Origin: Candidatus Halarchaeoplasma halalkaliphilum
GTDB lineage: Archaea > Thermoplasmatota > Thermoplasmata > Halarchaeoplasmatales > Halarchaeoplasmataceae
Assembly: GCA_007133925.1 (NCBI GenBank)
Contig: SLLU01000095.1
Span: forward strand, 1-39,143
DNA length: 39,143 bases
Direction: 5' to 3'
Each line of letters starts with the position of its first letter. Position 1 is the stretch's first letter. Both the position numbers and the translations under genes were made by a program. Below are positions 35,801 through 39,143 of this stretch, piece by piece. The notes below the pieces were generated by a model. The model was given only the letters and a program-made list of their open reading frames with translations. It was not told where the DNA came from and made no database searches.

Positions 35801-37425
35801 CTGCCTTCCTCGGGGATCGTTGTACCTTCTCCTTCCACGGTAATGGTAAGTGTACGTTCAAGAATCGTTGTGAATTCCCATGTCTGAGAAACGCTGCTGT
35901 ATTCCCTGTCATGGGCAACGGCATACCACATGTACGTCATACCCGTTTCAAGGTCGCTCCAAGTAACACTCGCCCGGTTACCGCTTGCCACGTTGGAATC
36001 CACACCGATGATCGTATCGTCTGAGGCATCGTAGAAGGAAACATCCATATTCTGCCCTTCCGGATGATCTACATAGACACTCAATTCCACAGAAGTGCCC
36101 GTTACGGTGGCACCGTCTTCAGGCAAGGGGTTCACCGGTCTCATGGGTCCCTGGAGTATGGTCAATGTGGCCACCTGATACACCGATGTGGGTGCCTCGT
36201 TCAGTTGGGCTATGATACCCACCGAGCCGATCTGTCCCGGAGAGGGGGTATTATCCTCTATATGGGGCACAACAAAGGTCTCAGAGAAAGTACCCGTTGT
36301 GCCAGTTTGGACCGGTATCTGTATATCTCCCATGGGTATGTTCAGGGTGAATTGTTTGGAAGGATGATCCGGGAAACTGCCTTCGATTGTCACCGTATCT
36401 CCCACTGCTGCATGGGATGGTTCCAAGGACAGGGAATTGGGATTGGCAGGAAGGGAATAACTTTCCAGTTCTCTTACCCACTCAACCCTGGGTACATAAT
36501 CCGTGGTGTCTAAAACCTGTTTCACATAATTCTGTACATCGCTGTTATAATATGTGGTCTGGAAACCGCCGTCGTCATATGCCACATCTTCCCAGCCATC
36601 TGCGACTTCTCTTCCCCCGGTGACGTTCACATCAAAAATCTCGTGTATCACGAATGTATCATAAGTCCCTCCGGGTACGGTCACCTGAGATATCTCTTCG
36701 TGAACCTCATTTTCACGGGTATAATTTTCAACATAGGAATGATTACGGACGTCACCCCCTTCTCCGGGTGCGTATACATCATTGAATCCATCCACGTAGA
36801 TCGTATTATCTGCCATGAATTCCGCTCCTAGTGTGATGGGGAAATCATAGTTCTCAATGGTTGGTTCGTGGGCACGAATATTCAGATTATCCACAAATAT
36901 AGGAAATAGCCCTATATCCAATTCATACTGCATCAACTCAAATTCCTCAACTATTCCCAGATCATCCAACCGGTGTAGGATGTATCCCGTTGTGTTACCT
37001 TCTACCACTGTAAAGGGATAAATAGTTCCAGGAGAATTTGCTGGCTCCATATGTCCACTGCCGGATAGTATCTCTCCGTCTAAGGTGAGATTATAGACCG
37101 GTGTGTTAACCCCTTCGATGTCAACGACTTCCAAGGCAGAAACCGTGTAGGTCAACTGCTTTTCCATGGTCATGTTCACCAAAGGTCTACCTGGCAGGGC
37201 TTCATGTAACCAGTACTCTTCATAATATGTCCACGATGATCCGATCGTCCACGTGGGTACATCCGGGGATCCATCATTGGATAGTACCGGTGTATCTTCG
37301 GCAGTCGCGGCAGTGTTATCTTCGTACGAAATTTCTGCAGAACCGTAAATAGAAGACATTCCAAAATTCGTTCCGACCGAGGCTATTACCAAAAAAGTAA
37401 TAATCATCACGCTTATTTTTTCCAT
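32815..37425 (-). CDS. Large membrane-anchored surface protein: unique N-domain, 2 Fn3-like domains, 9 InlB B-repeat-like domains, CARDB-like domain, TM helix, cytoplasmic tail
   Basis: Signal peptide; repeated LTIxVEGEG...AxPxxGWxFxxWTGD...ITAHF; duplicated MDVxFYDASDDxxIG...WxFTTI; VTVQYTVTNTGD; TM ILLIIMSVIIVLMVL. AGGAG SD precedes ATG 37425. Confidence 0.9.
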   Translation of the reverse strand: MEKISVMIITFLVIASVGTNFGMSSIYGSAEISYEDNTAATAEDTPVLSNDGSPDVPTWTIGSSWTYYEEYWLHEALPGRPLVNMTMEKQLTYTVSALEVVDIEGVNTPVYNLTLDGEILSGSGHMEPANSPGTIYPFTVVEGNTTGYILHRLDDLGIVEEFELMQYELDIGLFPIFVDNLNIRAHEPTIENYDFPITLGAEFMADNTIYVDGFNDVYAPGEGGDVRNHSYVENYTRENEVHEEISQVTVPGGTYDTFVIHEIFDVNVTGGREVADGWEDVAYDDGGFQTTYYNSDVQNYVKQVLDTTDYVPRVEWVRELESYSLPANPNSLSLEPSHAAVGDTVTIEGSFPDHPSKQFTLNIPMGDIQIPVQTGTTGTFSETFVVPHIEDNTPSPGQIGSVGIIAQLNEAPTSVYQVATLTILQGPMRPVNPLPEDGATVTGTSVELSVYVDHPEGQNMDVSFYDASDDTIIGVDSNVASGNRASVTWSDLETGMTYMWYAVAHDREYSSVSQTWEFTTILERTLTITVEGEGTTIPEEGSHVYNHGESVTVQAIPETGWYFSHWTGDFPPGEGEEDEISITMDSDKNITAHFEIYTYNLTLDIAEGEGAIKVDGDVIEIPYTGVFDHGTVVEIEAVPDANWFFHEWTGDYESTDRIIHVNMIQDYDINAHFAEMLDYLLTIERVGQGSTEPRVGSHSYEEGAVVNVSATPDTGWFFSHWTGDFPPGEEENSNITIIMDDNKTLTAHFSIFTYDLTVDVMGDGEVIIDPEEESYDYGTLVDLQAIPDTGWFFSHWSGDTDSITHGDVNNPHIVIEITEDIVLTAHFEEGPLVPTEPTPANDVTGISSNPELSVFVEHQGGNSMDVYFYDASDDSLIGTNEGVESESRANIVWEGLEHGRLYQWYVSAHDGTYQATSEVWNFTTIDMHNLTISVEGEGSTVPAEGTHSYEHGEEVTITATPELGWYFAGWTGDYTGIEDEITITIDGDKEITAHFEEYRTLTIVVEGEGTTTPTEGQNTYRHGEEVTILAIPDTGWYFAGWTGDYTGIEDEITITMDSDKEITAHFEEYVTLTVSVEGEGFVTIDGVEESLPYSEPYRQGTSVTLEAVPDSGWYFAGWTGDHPDDESEEDIIEIVMDEDKTLEAVFQEFVTLTVTVEGDGTVTLDGETITVPYTSEYRQGTEITLVASPSANMIFTGWTGDHIETEEQITIIIEEDMGIQANFDTAGHVLTINIEGEGRTDPEAGTHTYAPGTEVDLTATPEEGWRFAGWTGGHVDSKEETTVRMNRDRTITARFEVIIPRPAYFEINITSHDETVKEGEKVTVQYTVTNTGDLSGTRTIRLRVDGETVDSYEGLTLGPGESYDGSLVWKSDGSRIFDLRIDAVDEDGTTGGSRVTVSVEVEGAPLFPIPLRSILLIIMSVIIVLMVLKMTGIIFKDDYVPKTSLADFEDGDRMETDAMSVDELKEKYSEYNGYRENYESLENEERTLSAKLDAGEIGSEAYDEGVEKIASEKSELEDKLTRLRDDMVNGNYQRSF
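34223..34533. repeat. Near-identical 98-bp direct repeat (34223-34320 and 34436-34533) inside the surface protein gene
   Basis: Period 213 nt (71 codons), with 3 mismatches in 98 nt by manual alignment. Confidence 0.9.
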
Positions 37426-37517
37426 GTGACTATCTCCTAACAAGATATCAAGCTATGATTATATAGGTTTTTTGGCGAATGGGGGTGTGAACATGCTTAC
37501 CCATGCCTATATCGATG

Positions 37518-39143
37518 TCAATCGTCCATCATCTCATCTGCGTTCGTATTCAAGCTTTCCAAATCCTCTTTATATGATGAAAGTTTGAATCTCTTTTCAA
37601 GGTTCTCAATATATCTTTCTTCGATAGGATTTGTATGCATATCTTCATTTTGTCCTTCTCTGCCGATCTCTTCGTCATCGATCGTTCCCGGGTATTCATC
37701 TTCTCTATTTTTGAACAACCATATGGCGATCACTATCAGTAACAGGGCTAATAATGCCATCACCCATGCCAGTATACCGAGTATCCATGGCAAAGAATCT
37801 TCTTCTTCCACATCTACAGATATGGTTTCCCGTCCATTTTTACCTGCTACACCCATCTCGTAGGTCCCTTCCTCTTCCGGCCTCCAAGAAAAACTCCCGA
37901 GGAATTCCTGGCCCGGTTGAAGGGTTAGAGCTCTATGTGCTTTGATCCGCCTTCCACCCCGTGAGAACTCTATGTCTTGGGTTCCTTGGACTCCACCGGT
38001 GTTTATCACACGGTATTCCACAACGATCCTCTCTCCTGTCTTTACACTTGTATCGTGGTCTACCACGGATATCTCGAAGCGGGCTTCGTCCACAAATACC
38101 GTTGTGGGTCTGGATGTGATTATATCATAAGTAGCGGTGACTGCGTATTCTCCGGGTGAATCCTTGGACAGAACACCCCTCTCTGCATTTAACCATGTGA
38201 AGTCCCTAACATCGTCCGTTATCAGGTTTCCCCATGAGTCCCGCGCCTCTGCGGTGAATTCAATGCTGTATCCCGTGGGAACAACCGGAACCTCCTCAGG
38301 TCCAATGCTCACTGAATGAACAGGACCCGCCTCAACGGTCAGAGTGACTCTGCTCCTCAATTCTCCATGTCTAACGGTGACTGTCCAGATTCCCCCGACC
38401 TCAGCGGTATATTCGTTGCCGTCCCATGAACCTCCTGCGGAGCGATCGATGGTCCATGTGGCGTCTGATGAAACGTCCCCATAAAGATTTCCATATTCGT
38501 CAAAACCGGAAACCGTGAATGTTTGACTTTCGCCAGCAACCATAGATGATGAACTTGGAGAGACTTTGATCGAGTTAGTTGTTCCGGACTCCACCTCCAG
38601 CATGGCAGTATCCTCAAGGGATCCGTAGATACCGGTTACCACCCAGGACCCTGCGATTCTTGATACGTACACGTTATTCATCCACCACCCACCTGCTCCC
38701 ACGTCTATGGACCATGAAACTCTATCCGTCACATCGAATTCGTTTCCGTATCCATCAACCCCTATCGCGGAATAACTCTGTGTGATCCCTGCGGTGATCC
38801 TCGAATCTTTTGGTGTTATCGTTATATCCGCGGCCTCATCAGGGGATACTACTACCCTGATACTTTGGGATATAACTTCCTGATACCCTGCCGTGACTTC
38901 GTATGTACCAGCGGTGGTTTCAAGGAAGACACCGCTGTTGTCTGTATTGGTCCATGAGAACCCAGTATTGTCCTCCTCAACAATGTTACCGAAGGAGTCG
39001 TATGCGATGGCTGAGAATTCGATGGTCTGTCCCGCGGTGATACTTCTTGATGAAGAAGGGGATATGACAACGGTGCTTGCATCCGTGGGTACAACACTAA
39101 CCGCGGTGGATTCCGACGTAACTCCCATGTACGTGGCGGTAAC
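37518..39143 (-). CDS. Surface protein (5'-truncated by window) with Ig-like repeats, CARDB-like domain and C-terminal TM anchor
   Basis: Repeats of xIxP....AG....F.A.g.D.yGN...W; VEYRVINTGG; TM LPWILGILAWVMALLALLLIVIAIWLF; acidic tail. The frame stays open (VTATY) to the window edge. Confidence 0.88.
   Translation of the reverse strand, partial: VTATYMGVTSESTAVSVVPTDASTVVISPSSSRSITAGQTIEFSAIAYDSFGNIVEEDNTGFSWTNTDNSGVFLETTAGTYEVTAGYQEVISQSIRVVVSPDEAADITITPKDSRITAGITQSYSAIGVDGYGNEFDVTDRVSWSIDVGAGGWWMNNVYVSRIAGSWVVTGIYGSLEDTAMLEVESGTTNSIKVSPSSSSMVAGESQTFTVSGFDEYGNLYGDVSSDATWTIDRSAGGSWDGNEYTAEVGGIWTVTVRHGELRSRVTLTVEAGPVHSVSIGPEEVPVVPTGYSIEFTAEARDSWGNLITDDVRDFTWLNAERGVLSKDSPGEYAVTATYDIITSRPTTVFVDEARFEISVVDHDTSVKTGERIVVEYRVINTGGVQGTQDIEFSRGGRRIKAHRALTLQPGQEFLGSFSWRPEEEGTYEMGVAGKNGRETISVDVEEEDSLPWILGILAWVMALLALLLIVIAIWLFKNREDEYPGTIDDEEIGREGQNEDMHTNPIEERYIENLEKRFKLSSYKEDLESLNTNADEMMDD

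Overview
Archaeal chromosomal window, gene-dense and mostly core. The PolD large subunit, FEN1, archaeal-type ValRS/LeuRS, an archaeal SRP RNA, TATA-type leaderless starts and acidic surface proteins point to a euryarchaeon; Thermoplasmata-like and salt-adapted is my inference. It carries valS, a class I/II aminotransferase, polC, fen, two KaiC/RAD55-like ATPases, tRNA-Gly(GCC), a REC-PAS3/STAND-ATPase pair, a DMT permease, SRP RNA, a Trm9-like methyltransferase, DUF92, apgM, DUF355, leuS, glmU-glmS-DUF63, a CdrS-like RHH regulator, DUF488, two pilin-like proteins, an MntR/DtxR regulator, adk, a glycosyltransferase, a sulfotransferase and large Ig-like/InlB-B-repeat surface proteins at both ends. 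No integrase, transposase, CRISPR array or intein was seen. Most notable observations: (1) a 15-bp inverted repeat (14/15 identical) brackets exactly the sulfotransferase gene, and flipping the segment would create a clean GT-to-sulfotransferase operon; (2) a 48-aa zinc-finger gene is missing from the ORF track; (3) ValRS has AFSSS in place of KMSKS; (4) an active and an apparently inactive KaiC pair lies upstream of fen; (5) an output-less REC-PAS3 protein is coupled to an effector-less STAND-TPR ATPase; (6) the CdrS-like gene has no adjacent ftsZ. All calls come from reading motifs by eye; no database search was run.
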